Assembly (NCBI GenBank): GCA_020184695.1
Contig: JAANOX010000150.1
Location: 119,096-183,095, forward strand
Direction of reading: 5' to 3'
From: Histomonas meleagridis 2922-C6/04-290x
Lineage: Eukaryota > Protista > Parabasalia
Length of the DNA: 64,000 nt
Shown here piece by piece: positions 10,461 to 20,815 of the stretch. Numbering within the stretch: position 1 is the first letter of the stretch; the number at the start of each line of letters is the position of its first letter. The translations under genes and the position numbers were made by a program. Below the pieces are notes generated by a model, which did no database searches, was not told where the DNA came from, and saw nothing but the letters and a program-made list of their open reading frames with translations.

Positions 10461-12300
10461 TTAAATATGATTAAAATATTTATCATCTTCAAAGTCTTTG
10501 GCAAATGGATCTTCTTCCGCATTGGCTGTAGTCAATCCAATTGAAAAATTAGCAACTTGTGAAACATCTGTTTGTATTATATCATCTGTTTCTTTTTCAA
10601 TAGATTTATTATTTTGATTTTTCTGAATATAAATAAATAAAATTACAATAATTGCGATAATTATAATAATGAAAATAACAACACAAATAACAATAATGAC
10701 AGTATAATTCTTTTCATTATTTTGTTGATTATCATTTTCTTTATATTGAAGAACAGTATAAAATTCGGAATAAAATTTAATATATGTTGAATAAATAATA
10801 ATCGTATATTCATAATGAATTACAAATGTATTAACATAAATATGTGTCGAATCAATTTTTGTTAATGTCATCGAATTTATTATGAAACTTTTCGTTAATA
10901 TCGTTTGCGTAATTGAATTCGTATATGTAACAATAAATGAATGCGATAATGATGTAAATAATGGAAATGAATTCGTTATTATATTTATCAATGTTATTGA
11001 CTGACTAAATGTATTCGATTTTGTAAATGTTTGTGATTTTGAATATGTATTCGATTTAGTGAATGTTAGTGTTGATGGTTCCTTTGATAGAAAGAAATGC
11101 GATGTATTGCTTAATGCTCCATAGTTATCAATTGATGCAGCATGGATATAAAGATCGCCATCTTCAATATTTCTTATAACTCCATTCGTTGTTTGAATTT
11201 TGTTTGTGTTTGCTTCTGTGATATTCGTGTTTTCATTTTCATCAATAATATAATAATATTCTTTGACATATGTTGTAAGATTAAATTGAACTGATGATGA
11301 TTCATATAATTTAGTTCCATTTGTTGCTTTACCAATAACTTTATAATTAATACTTTCTGTTACATAATTATTATCTGTACTGATTTCAATTGATCTTTCA
11401 CCTTCGATTCTTGTTATATTTGGCGGATTTAGTTTCAATGGTTTAACTGAATTATCATATGAATATTGAAGTGGTGTTCGTTGATATAAATAACAAATAG
11501 TATTCACAAGAAGTTGTCGATCATATAATGTTGTACTTGCTGATGTATGCCCTATTTGAATCATTGCTGTGTTTTTATATGTTGTCAAATAGTAATGCGG
11601 ATTCCCATATCTTAACTCAGAATATCCATCGAGTTCCCATGAATATGATTCGGCTTCTGTAAAACTTCCACTAGTTCCAGTAGCAAATTCGCCTAATTCA
11701 GCCCAAACATCACCAAAAGCTGCATTTGAACTTGTATGTGTGAAATTTATTGGTAAAACGCCATTTGGAATGTAGTATGGATAATTAGTAACTAGACCAC
11801 GCTTCGTGACTTTGATTTCATTGGAATAATGACTCCAACTTGAACTAAGTGTGCCTGGAGAGCAATAACCAGAAACAGAACATGGATGTGTTCCAAGCTT
11901 AATCCCAAATTTGTCTGCAATTTGTCCATAGCCAAAAGTGTTCCCATAAAAATAGCCAACAACTTCAATACCAAATAAAACACGATTTATATACAAAATT
12001 GACTTTGGTACCTGTATTTGGATATATATTAAGAACTTTGATGCTTTTTGTTGTACTAAAATCAAACAAACTGATTGGCTGCCAATTTGCTCCATTTCTT
12101 TGCGAAAAAACAGAGTATATCAAATCTTGACTTGATTGAGATCCTGTCCAATTCAGTAAAACATGATTATTTTCATATTTAACATTGAGATTTGCATTAA
12201 TTACAACTATAAAAAAATTCAGAATTAAATTTAAAAATAAATGGCTTTTCTTGGTTACATGACTTCCTTTTGCTATTTTGACTATTTTTTGAGAAAACAT
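10461..12300 (-). pseudogene. Type I membrane surface protein of a trichomonad expanded family, split by a frameshift near 11975 (probable internal deletion)
   Basis: ORF 11965..12300 has a signal-like segment and KVLNIYP; ORF 10461..12095 continues from RVLFG with a (T/S)FTKSNT stalk, a TM helix and the acidic tail EEDPFAKDFEDDKYF. Confidence 0.6.
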
Positions 12301-12840
12301 GTGGGGTATATGCTCGCATGTTGCTATTTCAATTGAATTCTATTGAAATTTAAAGCTGATGAAATATAATTGGGCCGCCCCAAAATATTTTGCAAAATAT
12401 TAACGAGGAAAAAGAACATAAAAATTCAAAGAAATTCATTTTTATTAATATACAAGAAGAACTCCTTTTATCAAGTGTATCATTTTTATAAATATTTATA
12501 AACATAACATAATAAAAGCATTTGATCTAATTGATCTTGATGCAAATTCCTTTAATTCTAATCAAACAAGTAATCCTTATGTACAATAGTACTTAAATAT
12601 GTTTTTAAGCATTTAAAGTGGATGCAAATTGAATACAATAGCTTGTTCACAAAATTTCACATCATTTTTTCATCTTAAGATTAGATACCCTAAAATTAAA
12701 TAAAATATAATGCAAAAATAATCATTAATTATATATTTCTTAATAATTGAATAATTGATATATATAAAATTTGGTTTTTTGTTATTATATTTAGCGCGAA
12801 AAGGTATCCTTGACCTCAAACTTTTATTTTTAATTTATAA

Positions 12841-13890
12841 ATGTTATTCTTCATTTGTATTTTAGGATTTAAGATTCAAAATAGCGAAATAAAAGGGTTT
12901 TATCTAGATGGTACTACTGATCGAAACAAGGTGTATAGTTTAACAGCAATAAAACATGGGAATGACGAAGATGTTCACAAATGTCTCATTGAAGAAATAT
13001 TAAAAGTTGTTCCACAAACAAAGTTAAATGAAATTGATGCTCTATTTGATTCATCAGGTGGATTCTACAATGATGAGCGAATTATAGAAATGTCACAACA
13101 CCGATATAACCCTTTAACAGTAAATGAAGCAAAATCACTTGCATATTACTTGTATTTACCAGACCTTTCACAAAAAGTAGATCTTGAACTCAACACTGGA
13201 TATACAAGTAAATTCGATTGTTTCTTTGACTCTCTCAAAAGAGCATTTGATAAATTAGAAGAGTTCGCTTGGTCACCATCGTATAAGGATGGTAGTAACT
13301 TCAAACCTGAACAATTTAAAGTTGGCCAGTATGTTTCAACAAGAACATTTGTTCAGGTTTGTATAGATTATAACCATATGGAACATGTTAATATTATTAT
13401 AAAAATATATGCAAATAAAAATAATATAAAATCAGTTCAAGATCTTTTAAGAAAAAAACCTACAAATGATGATAATATATTAATATTTCCTCCTGCAACA
13501 CTCTTTAAGGTAAAAAATGAGCCATATATAAGGTATTGTAACATAAATAAGATGAGGTCTGATTGTTATGATAAAAAGAATTCGAATGACCTAAAAGAAA
13601 TAACTTTCATTGAACTAGAAGAAATTGACGAATTCTATGGACCAATAAAATATAGGGATCCTCCGGAAGTACATAGTGACGTATCTGTCATTCCTCTAAA
13701 CTTTTCAGAAGAACCAGAATATTATACAGATGATGAACCAACAATATCCAATAAAAGCAGCGCCTCGAAAAATATATTGATCATTGTATCTGTTGTAGTG
13801 GGAATTATTCTTATAGGAATTGTGTGTTTAGTTATTTTTTTCATATACAAGAAACGAACAGAAGCAACTAAATCGAATAATATTGTATAA
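12841..13890 (+). CDS. Type I membrane protein with an ADP-ribosyltransferase-like ectodomain (catalytic motifs degenerate)
   Basis: Signal peptide; LTVNEAKSLAYY...SLKRAFDKL...SYKD...QFKVGQYVSTRTFVQV...DDNILIFPPATLFKV follows the R-S-E ART scaffold; TM ILIIVSVVVGIILIGIVCLVIFFIY then KKR. Confidence 0.6.
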   Translation: MLFFICILGFKIQNSEIKGFYLDGTTDRNKVYSLTAIKHGNDEDVHKCLIEEILKVVPQTKLNEIDALFDSSGGFYNDERIIEMSQHRYNPLTVNEAKSLAYYLYLPDLSQKVDLELNTGYTSKFDCFFDSLKRAFDKLEEFAWSPSYKDGSNFKPEQFKVGQYVSTRTFVQVCIDYNHMEHVNIIIKIYANKNNIKSVQDLLRKKPTNDDNILIFPPATLFKVKNEPYIRYCNINKMRSDCYDKKNSNDLKEITFIELEEIDEFYGPIKYRDPPEVHSDVSVIPLNFSEEPEYYTDDEPTISNKSSASKNILIIVSVVVGIILIGIVCLVIFFIYKKRTEATKSNNIV

Positions 13891-14122
13891 AAATTCTAGT
13901 TTAAACATATTGTTCAATCATAATTTCCAATATTTTTTAAGTAAATTAGGTATCATTTAATAAATATGTTTTCTTGAATTTTTGCTGAAATTAAAATTAT
14001 AAATATCAAATATATTATTTAAGTAATTATGAATTTTTGTAAATTGGTCTGAAAAGTGATTTTAAATAAAAGTTATGATTTTTATTTTTTGCACGATGCA
14101 AAGAACGTTAAAAATATGACAA

Positions 14123-16378
14123 ATGTTTAGACTCAAAGAAATATGGGAATCTTCTCATATTTCTAATGAGGAATTCAGTCCAGATGCATTTTGTTCTTTT
14201 TTGTTTGATCATCAAACATGTATTTCAGTTGGTAGTCTTTCAGGAATTATTCGATTTTATTTTCCATCAAAAGCAAGTGATCAAGCACCTTTTACAGAAA
14301 TCATTCTTAATTATCCTATTCTTCAAATTTCATATGGGAATTTTATTTTCAGTGATAAAAGTACACTTGCAGTTCTTCATCCAAATCTTTTAATCCTTTA
14401 TGAAATCGAATCAAAAGAGAACACAATTGTTCTCAATGAATCGCAATCATATTCTTTTTCGCATTCTTCATATAATTTTATTTCAACAACATTTGATGGA
14501 CCATCGAAACCACAATGTATCATTATTCAATCACTTGATGGCTTTCTTACAATTGCTAATTCACTTGGCACCACCGCATATAAAATTCCATATTTTTTTC
14601 TGCCAATGCCATTCACATACATTCCTCCGTTAGAACTTTTTATCTTTGGTTCACCCGATTATAAAGTCTATGGATATCGGAAGAACATTTTACTTAGCAG
14701 TAGTTCAGACAATAAATCGATTGAAGATTGGAATTATTTAATCGGCGAACAAATTGTTTCAATACACTTTTGGCAGCTCAAAACGAAATACGTCACCGCC
14801 GCCAGCTACGAAATTGCAGTTGTTGGCGAGCGAACGTTATATATTTTGAATGAAAATGGAAATCTGAAATCGATTGTTTCACTTAACATGTGTGCGATCT
14901 CAGCACTTTCGTATACTTCGCAGAACGAAAAAGGCAAAAATTGTAATAATTTATTGATATCAGGTAAAGAAAATACACTTTGTATTTATATCAATTTCCA
15001 AAAAGTTTGGCAACTAAATTTAACCAAAGCCGCAATTGCGTTAAATATAATAACTATTGAACCAAATCCTGGATTTCTTGCATTACTTACAGAGGATGGT
15101 ACAGTGGTCGTAGGTTATGTTGGAACTCATGACCAACAAATCCTTCCATTGCCTAAAATACCTAAAATTACTGAACAACAAGTGAAAGAACAAATCATAA
15201 AAATAAATGAAAGAATATCAAAAATACCATCAACAGACTTCTTTCAGATCTTTGTCAATGTCTCTAAAGCTTCGCCACGATTTGTCGAAATAATTTTCCA
15301 ATCAAAGTTTGAAGTGAACGATGTAATGTGTCAAATTGAGGTGCCCCCAACGATAACAAAAGTGTCGTCGTTTACCATTGAAAAAGTGGGTAAGGATGAA
15401 GTTCCTTTTCGAATTGAATTTTCCCCAACAGATAAACCACCCGCAAGGCAAAACATCATAATAAGTACCATATTCACAACAGCAGAGAAGAAAATGCTAA
15501 CAAAGTTTGTTGAGTTCGAAATTCCATTCGAATTCTTCATCAGAAAAATCGAAACACGAGTGAAAGGGAACTTCAAATTGATACTAAATGCAAAAGGAGG
15601 ATTCCTAAGCTTAGCGGAACTGTTTCCAAACCAAGTCTTGAAGAAGCCGCATGAATTATCAATGACATTAACAAATGGAGAAATTGTTTCGATATCCATT
15701 GATTCCAAAGCGAAGAGATACAGAGTCGAAGCAGATACATATGGTCAACTTGGATTTGTCTTGTCAACACTCATTTTATCAGTGAATCGTCACTCAAAAG
15801 GAATTAAGTTATCGATTAACGAGAAAGTTGACGCAAGTTTCCTTTTAAGTGTTGCGCAAGAGCATTATGAACTTCGGCAACAAGAACGCGAACTTCAACA
15901 AAAGATTCATTCACATGTCACTGAGCTCGAAAACATTCAGAAGGCGTTAATTGGGAAATACGAAGCTGCTACGCCAGAGCCACTTGATGAACTTAATTCA
16001 CTTCTTCAAAACACATCAAATATTCTGAAAGATGAAGTCCAGAAAATACTTCAACTACAGAAACAGATCAATGACTTTGGAGCTGTTATTGAAGCGAATG
16101 TTTTTACATTTATAATAATTTTAGTTTTGTCATTTGATTTAAATGATGAAGAATCAAAGTTAGTAAGAACATATATACCAATGCATAGTGAGAATTGTAG
16201 TCCCGGATGGGAAGAATGTGCATTTGTTGGGATAAATGCATTAATTAAGAAATTGAAAAATGTCGATTCGGGGAAAACAGTTTCTTCTACGCCAGAGATA
16301 TTAAGTGATTTCGACTTTTTGGTGCAAGCATTTGAAGCGTTAATCAGGACCTTAGAGAACAGAAAGAAAAGGAAATAA
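14123..16378 (+). CDS. BBS9: BBSome subunit PTHB1/BBS9
   Basis: N-terminal MFRLKEIWESS...EEF, SLDGFL, FFLPMPFTY, IAVVGERTLYIL and GTVVVGYVGT motifs; C-terminal coiled coil and PGWEE; 751 aa. Confidence 0.8.
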   Translation: MFRLKEIWESSHISNEEFSPDAFCSFLFDHQTCISVGSLSGIIRFYFPSKASDQAPFTEIILNYPILQISYGNFIFSDKSTLAVLHPNLLILYEIESKENTIVLNESQSYSFSHSSYNFISTTFDGPSKPQCIIIQSLDGFLTIANSLGTTAYKIPYFFLPMPFTYIPPLELFIFGSPDYKVYGYRKNILLSSSSDNKSIEDWNYLIGEQIVSIHFWQLKTKYVTAASYEIAVVGERTLYILNENGNLKSIVSLNMCAISALSYTSQNEKGKNCNNLLISGKENTLCIYINFQKVWQLNLTKAAIALNIITIEPNPGFLALLTEDGTVVVGYVGTHDQQILPLPKIPKITEQQVKEQIIKINERISKIPSTDFFQIFVNVSKASPRFVEIIFQSKFEVNDVMCQIEVPPTITKVSSFTIEKVGKDEVPFRIEFSPTDKPPARQNIIISTIFTTAEKKMLTKFVEFEIPFEFFIRKIETRVKGNFKLILNAKGGFLSLAELFPNQVLKKPHELSMTLTNGEIVSISIDSKAKRYRVEADTYGQLGFVLSTLILSVNRHSKGIKLSINEKVDASFLLSVAQEHYELRQQERELQQKIHSHVTELENIQKALIGKYEAATPEPLDELNSLLQNTSNILKDEVQKILQLQKQINDFGAVIEANVFTFIIILVLSFDLNDEESKLVRTYIPMHSENCSPGWEECAFVGINALIKKLKNVDSGKTVSSTPEILSDFDFLVQAFEALIRTLENRKKRK

Positions 16379-16588
16379 AATGTAATTATGTTTTTGATGT
16401 GTTGTATTCAAACTGTATAATGACGATACGATTTTTCAACGTCGTACAGTGGTTATTGGTATTTCTTTGAGAAGTGTTGATCGAATTCCGGAGCCGTTAA
16501 CAAATTGAATGTTTTACGTGTCAAATGTGCACATATTAATTAATAAACTATAAACCATACAATTTCATCGGTTTTGCCAAGCTTAGTA

Positions 16589-19500
16589 ATGCTTGTTTTC
16601 CTTGCAATTCTCTCCTACAGAATAACATGCGATTCAGATACTCTTGTTGTCCAGGGAATTAAGGAAGTTTTACAAGATAATTATTCGTCATATAAGGCCA
16701 CAACAAAATATCTCATTATTAAAGATGATGTTCAAGTTCTTGGATATCGTGCGTTCTACGCATGGAAAGAACTCCTCAACGTAACGCTCGGGAAAGGAAT
16801 TACAGAGATTGGAAACAGAGCATTTCGTAGCTGTGATTATTTGCAATCAGTTAATTTTGAAGATGCGGAAAATCTTGTGACAATTGGAGAGTATGCATTC
16901 TATTACTGTGTGTACCTTATGTCTTTTATATCGCCTAAGAAACTTAAGACAATTAGCAATAATGCATTTGATTCTTGTGTTAGCCTCGAAACAGTTTATC
17001 TTGGAGAATCTATTGAAACTATTGAGGACTGTGCATTTGATTATTGCTATAGTATTTTATATTTCACTATCCATACAACAGCGATATCTATTCCAGAATT
17101 AGTTGAATCTTTTCAAGAAGGTCCATACACGGCAACAATTGGAGGTAATATTGTTAATGTTGAAGATTCTGCTTTTTATCAAAATGAACAATTACTTAAA
17201 GTTGTATTTGAAGATAGTGTTCAAAGTATTGGACAAAATGCTTTTGCAGAATGTAGTGAACTTCGAGTAGTAACATTTGGATCAGGTGTTAAAACAATTG
17301 GCCAATATTCATTTAATGGATGCCCATTAATTACATCGATTAAAATTCCAGATTCAGTTGAAACAATCGAAAGATGTTCATTTAGTTCATGTAAAGGTTT
17401 GAAAGTAATTAATGTATCGAGTGGAAATACGAAATATTCAAATTACAATAACGATGGAATATTATATAACAAAGAAATTACGAAATTGGTATGTTTCCCA
17501 ATCGGTATTACATATGAATCATTTGAAGTACCAAGTACAATTACACAAATTGGTGAATTTGCATTTACTTCATGTGCAACACTTAAAACAATTAAACTTA
17601 ATGATAATGTTGAATTAATTGGTGATTACTCATTTATTTATTGTTCATCTTTATTAGATTTCGAATTACCTAAAGGACTGACTTCAATTGGTTCATATAC
17701 ATTTTCATTTTGTTTGGCTTTGATTAAAATTGTAATTCCAGATTTAGTTACAAACATTGGATTTCATTCATATGATTCATGTTCTGGAATTACTTCAATT
17801 ACAATTGGTGAAAAAGTTGAAACAATTGGTGATTGTGCATTTATTTCTTGTACATCCATTCAAGAAATATTAATTCCTCAGTCAGTAACTACAATTGGTA
17901 CACAAGCATTTGGTTTATGTGAAAAACTTCGTTCAATTAAAGTTGTTGAAAGTAATCCTTCATATACTAATAATAATGATGATGGAGTATTATATAACAA
18001 AGGTTTAACAATTATATTATGTCATCCACCTGCAAATAGTCGTAGTGAATATACATTACCTAATACAGTATCTAAAGTTGATCAATATGCATTTCAAAAC
18101 TGTAAAAATTTGGCGAAAATTACATTAGATGATCAATTACAAGCTATTGATAATTATGGATTTTATGGTTGTTCAGGTATTTCTACAATTACAATACCAA
18201 ATTTGGTTAATGCTATTGGTATATATGTATTTTCTTATTGTACTAAATTGACTGAAATAACAATTCCAAAATCAGTTAAAACTATTAGAGGTTATACATT
18301 TTCAGGTTGTTCATCATTAGAAAAAGTTATTTTTGAAGAAGGTAATGAAGGATTTGCAGAACTTTCGAGTTATCTATTTTCTCAATGTAATAAATTAACA
18401 ACAATTAAATTACCAAATAATGTTTCTACTGTTAGTAGTTATGCATTATATTATTGTACTTCATTAAAAGTTATAGAATTTCCAAATTCTGTAAAAACAT
18501 TTGGAAATTATGTCTTTTCTAAATGTACTTCATTAGAAACAGTAAAATTTGGTAATAATATAGAAAAGATCGGTTCTTATATCTTTAAAGAATGTGATAA
18601 ATTATATAATATTACATTCCCTGATACTGTTACAAGTTTAGGAACAAATACATTTGAAAAATGTCCAGAATTATATTCAGTATCATTAGGAAATGGAATT
18701 AATGTTATTCCAGCAAAAACATTTCTTAAATGTTTTAATTTACAAAATGTTCAAATCAGTCAATATGTTACAAACATTTCAGAAAGTTCATTTTCAGAAT
18801 GTAAATTATTACCAAGAATTGTATTACCTGATTCTGTTCTAGCGATTGATGATTTTGCATTTGAAATGTGTTATAATTTAGAAAGTATTGAATTAGGGAA
18901 ATCATTAAAATATATTAAATCTTATGCATTTAGAGAATGTTCTAAACTTAAAAGTATTATAATTCCTGATACTACAACAGCACTTTATGTAAGAGCATTT
19001 CAATCATGTATATCATTATCTGAAATTACTCTTAGCAAAAATCTTCTTGCAATTGATAATTATGTATTTTATGCTTGTTCAAGCTTGACAAAAATTACAA
19101 TTCCTAATAATGTTATTACACTTGGTGCTAATATCTTTCAATATTGTACATCTCTTCAAACAGTTCAATTAGGTGATAAGTTAACAACTATTACTAAATA
19201 TATGTTTTATTTGTGTTCAGAACTTACGACTATTAATTTCCCTAATAAAATCACAAAAATTGATAGTTATGCATTTTACCTTTGTAGTAAATTAAATAGT
19301 ATTACATTAGATAATATTGAAACAATTTCTGATTGTGCATTTTATGGTTGTAGTAGTTTAACTAAAATTGATATCTCAGCTAAAGTTTCATCAATTGGAA
19401 TTGGAGCATTTTCATTATGTAAGAATCTTAAAGCAATTGAAGTTTCTTCAATTAATAAGAATTATACTAATTATAATAATGATGGAGTACTTTATGATAT

Positions 19501-20410
19501 TAATTATAAAGAAATTCTTTGTTATCCGATAGGTAAAACAGATAATAATTTCGAAATTCATAATTCTGTTAATGAATTATATAACTTTTCATTTGCTTAT
19601 AATGAAAATTTAACAAAAATTAATATTTCTGGTGCAGTTAATCGAATTGGAAGAGGATCATTTTCTCATTGTACTGGTTTAACTGATGTTATCATTGGAG
19701 ATAATGTTAAAACAATTGATTCGAATGTATTTGAATCATGTGTTAAATTAGTTAATTTAGTCATTGGTAATGGTTTAACATCAATTTCACCTTTTGCATT
19801 TAGACAATGTAAGAAATTAACAAGTGTTGATATTCCAAATAAAGTCGAAAATCTTAGAGTACACGCATTTGCTTTTTGCGATAATTTAAAGCAAATTAAT
19901 ATCCCAGAAACTTGTACAGTTATTGCAAATTACGCATTTTATGGTTCAAGTAACCTAAAATGTATTTATTATAATGGTACAACTGAACCAATTATTGGTA
20001 GAGGTGCATTTGATGGAATTGGTACAAGTACTGTAATGGTTCAAAAATGGTATAACGCAACAAGTTTCGGATCATTGAGTATTACAACAGAAGTGCTCTA
20101 TGAATGTCAAACAACACCGCAAAGTAATACATATTTACAATCGAATACATTCACGGAAAGTAATAAATATATACAATCAAATACATTCACGGAAAGTAAT
20201 AAATATATACAATCAAATACATTCACGGAAAGTAGTTCACATTCACAATCATCTCTAATGCCAAAAGGTTTACTATATGGATTAGTCATAGGAATACCAA
20301 TATTATTAATTGTAATTGTGATAATTATCGTAGTAATTGTTCGTAAGAAGAAAGCTAATAAGAATAACTTCACAGAGTTCTCATCTCCTATGAGTGATTT
20401 TCAAGGCTAA
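16589..20410 (+). CDS. BspA-like leucine-rich-repeat (TpLRR/LRR_5) surface protein
   Basis: Dozens of IPxxVxxIGxxAFxxCxxL repeats, signal peptide from ATG 16589, S/T stalk, TM helix and short cytosolic tail. Confidence 0.92.
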   Translation: MLVFLAILSYRITCDSDTLVVQGIKEVLQDNYSSYKATTKYLIIKDDVQVLGYRAFYAWKELLNVTLGKGITEIGNRAFRSCDYLQSVNFEDAENLVTIGEYAFYYCVYLMSFISPKKLKTISNNAFDSCVSLETVYLGESIETIEDCAFDYCYSILYFTIHTTAISIPELVESFQEGPYTATIGGNIVNVEDSAFYQNEQLLKVVFEDSVQSIGQNAFAECSELRVVTFGSGVKTIGQYSFNGCPLITSIKIPDSVETIERCSFSSCKGLKVINVSSGNTKYSNYNNDGILYNKEITKLVCFPIGITYESFEVPSTITQIGEFAFTSCATLKTIKLNDNVELIGDYSFIYCSSLLDFELPKGLTSIGSYTFSFCLALIKIVIPDLVTNIGFHSYDSCSGITSITIGEKVETIGDCAFISCTSIQEILIPQSVTTIGTQAFGLCEKLRSIKVVESNPSYTNNNDDGVLYNKGLTIILCHPPANSRSEYTLPNTVSKVDQYAFQNCKNLAKITLDDQLQAIDNYGFYGCSGISTITIPNLVNAIGIYVFSYCTKLTEITIPKSVKTIRGYTFSGCSSLEKVIFEEGNEGFAELSSYLFSQCNKLTTIKLPNNVSTVSSYALYYCTSLKVIEFPNSVKTFGNYVFSKCTSLETVKFGNNIEKIGSYIFKECDKLYNITFPDTVTSLGTNTFEKCPELYSVSLGNGINVIPAKTFLKCFNLQNVQISQYVTNISESSFSECKLLPRIVLPDSVLAIDDFAFEMCYNLESIELGKSLKYIKSYAFRECSKLKSIIIPDTTTALYVRAFQSCISLSEITLSKNLLAIDNYVFYACSSLTKITIPNNVITLGANIFQYCTSLQTVQLGDKLTTITKYMFYLCSELTTINFPNKITKIDSYAFYLCSKLNSITLDNIETISDCAFYGCSSLTKIDISAKVSSIGIGAFSLCKNLKAIEVSSINKNYTNYNNDGVLYDINYKEILCYPIGKTDNNFEIHNSVNELYNFSFAYNENLTKINISGAVNRIGRGSFSHCTGLTDVIIGDNVKTIDSNVFESCVKLVNLVIGNGLTSISPFAFRQCKKLTSVDIPNKVENLRVHAFAFCDNLKQINIPETCTVIANYAFYGSSNLKCIYYNGTTEPIIGRGAFDGIGTSTVMVQKWYNATSFGSLSITTEVLYECQTTPQSNTYLQSNTFTESNKYIQSNTFTESNKYIQSNTFTESSSHSQSSLMPKGLLYGLVIGIPILLIVIVIIIVVIVRKKKANKNNFTEFSSPMSDFQG
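20121..20233 (+). repeat. 36-bp tandem repeat (about 3 copies) encoding QSNTFTESNKYI in the BspA stalk
   Basis: AAAGTAA/AAAGTAG recurs at 20121, 20157, 20193 and 20229. Confidence 0.9.
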
Positions 20411-20815
20411 ATATTTAATAAAGATCAGTTTGATTATCATTTCTTAAAACTTATTTTTTTAAAGATTAATTGTGTTTTGAATATATGATTTATTTAACAA
20501 ATATTTTTTTACTAAGTAAATTTACTAGTACTTTGTACATAAAAGTAACGAAATATGTTTTTTAATTTAAATTTAGTGCGGTCAGTAGGTTGAAGTTTTA
20601 TTAAATATTATATAACTTTTACAGCATTTTAGACTGATCTTTCCGAAAATTTAGAATTATATGTGTTAAGACTTGTTTCATGCACACAAAGTTAAAAGTT
20701 TTGTTTTCCACGCCGAAGAAGCTTCTTTTAATCATCGGGCATATTTAGCACAGAATTAAAATTTTTTATCAAATTCAATTTTTGTGGCCGGTCAATCACT
20801 TCACCTCTGAATTCT

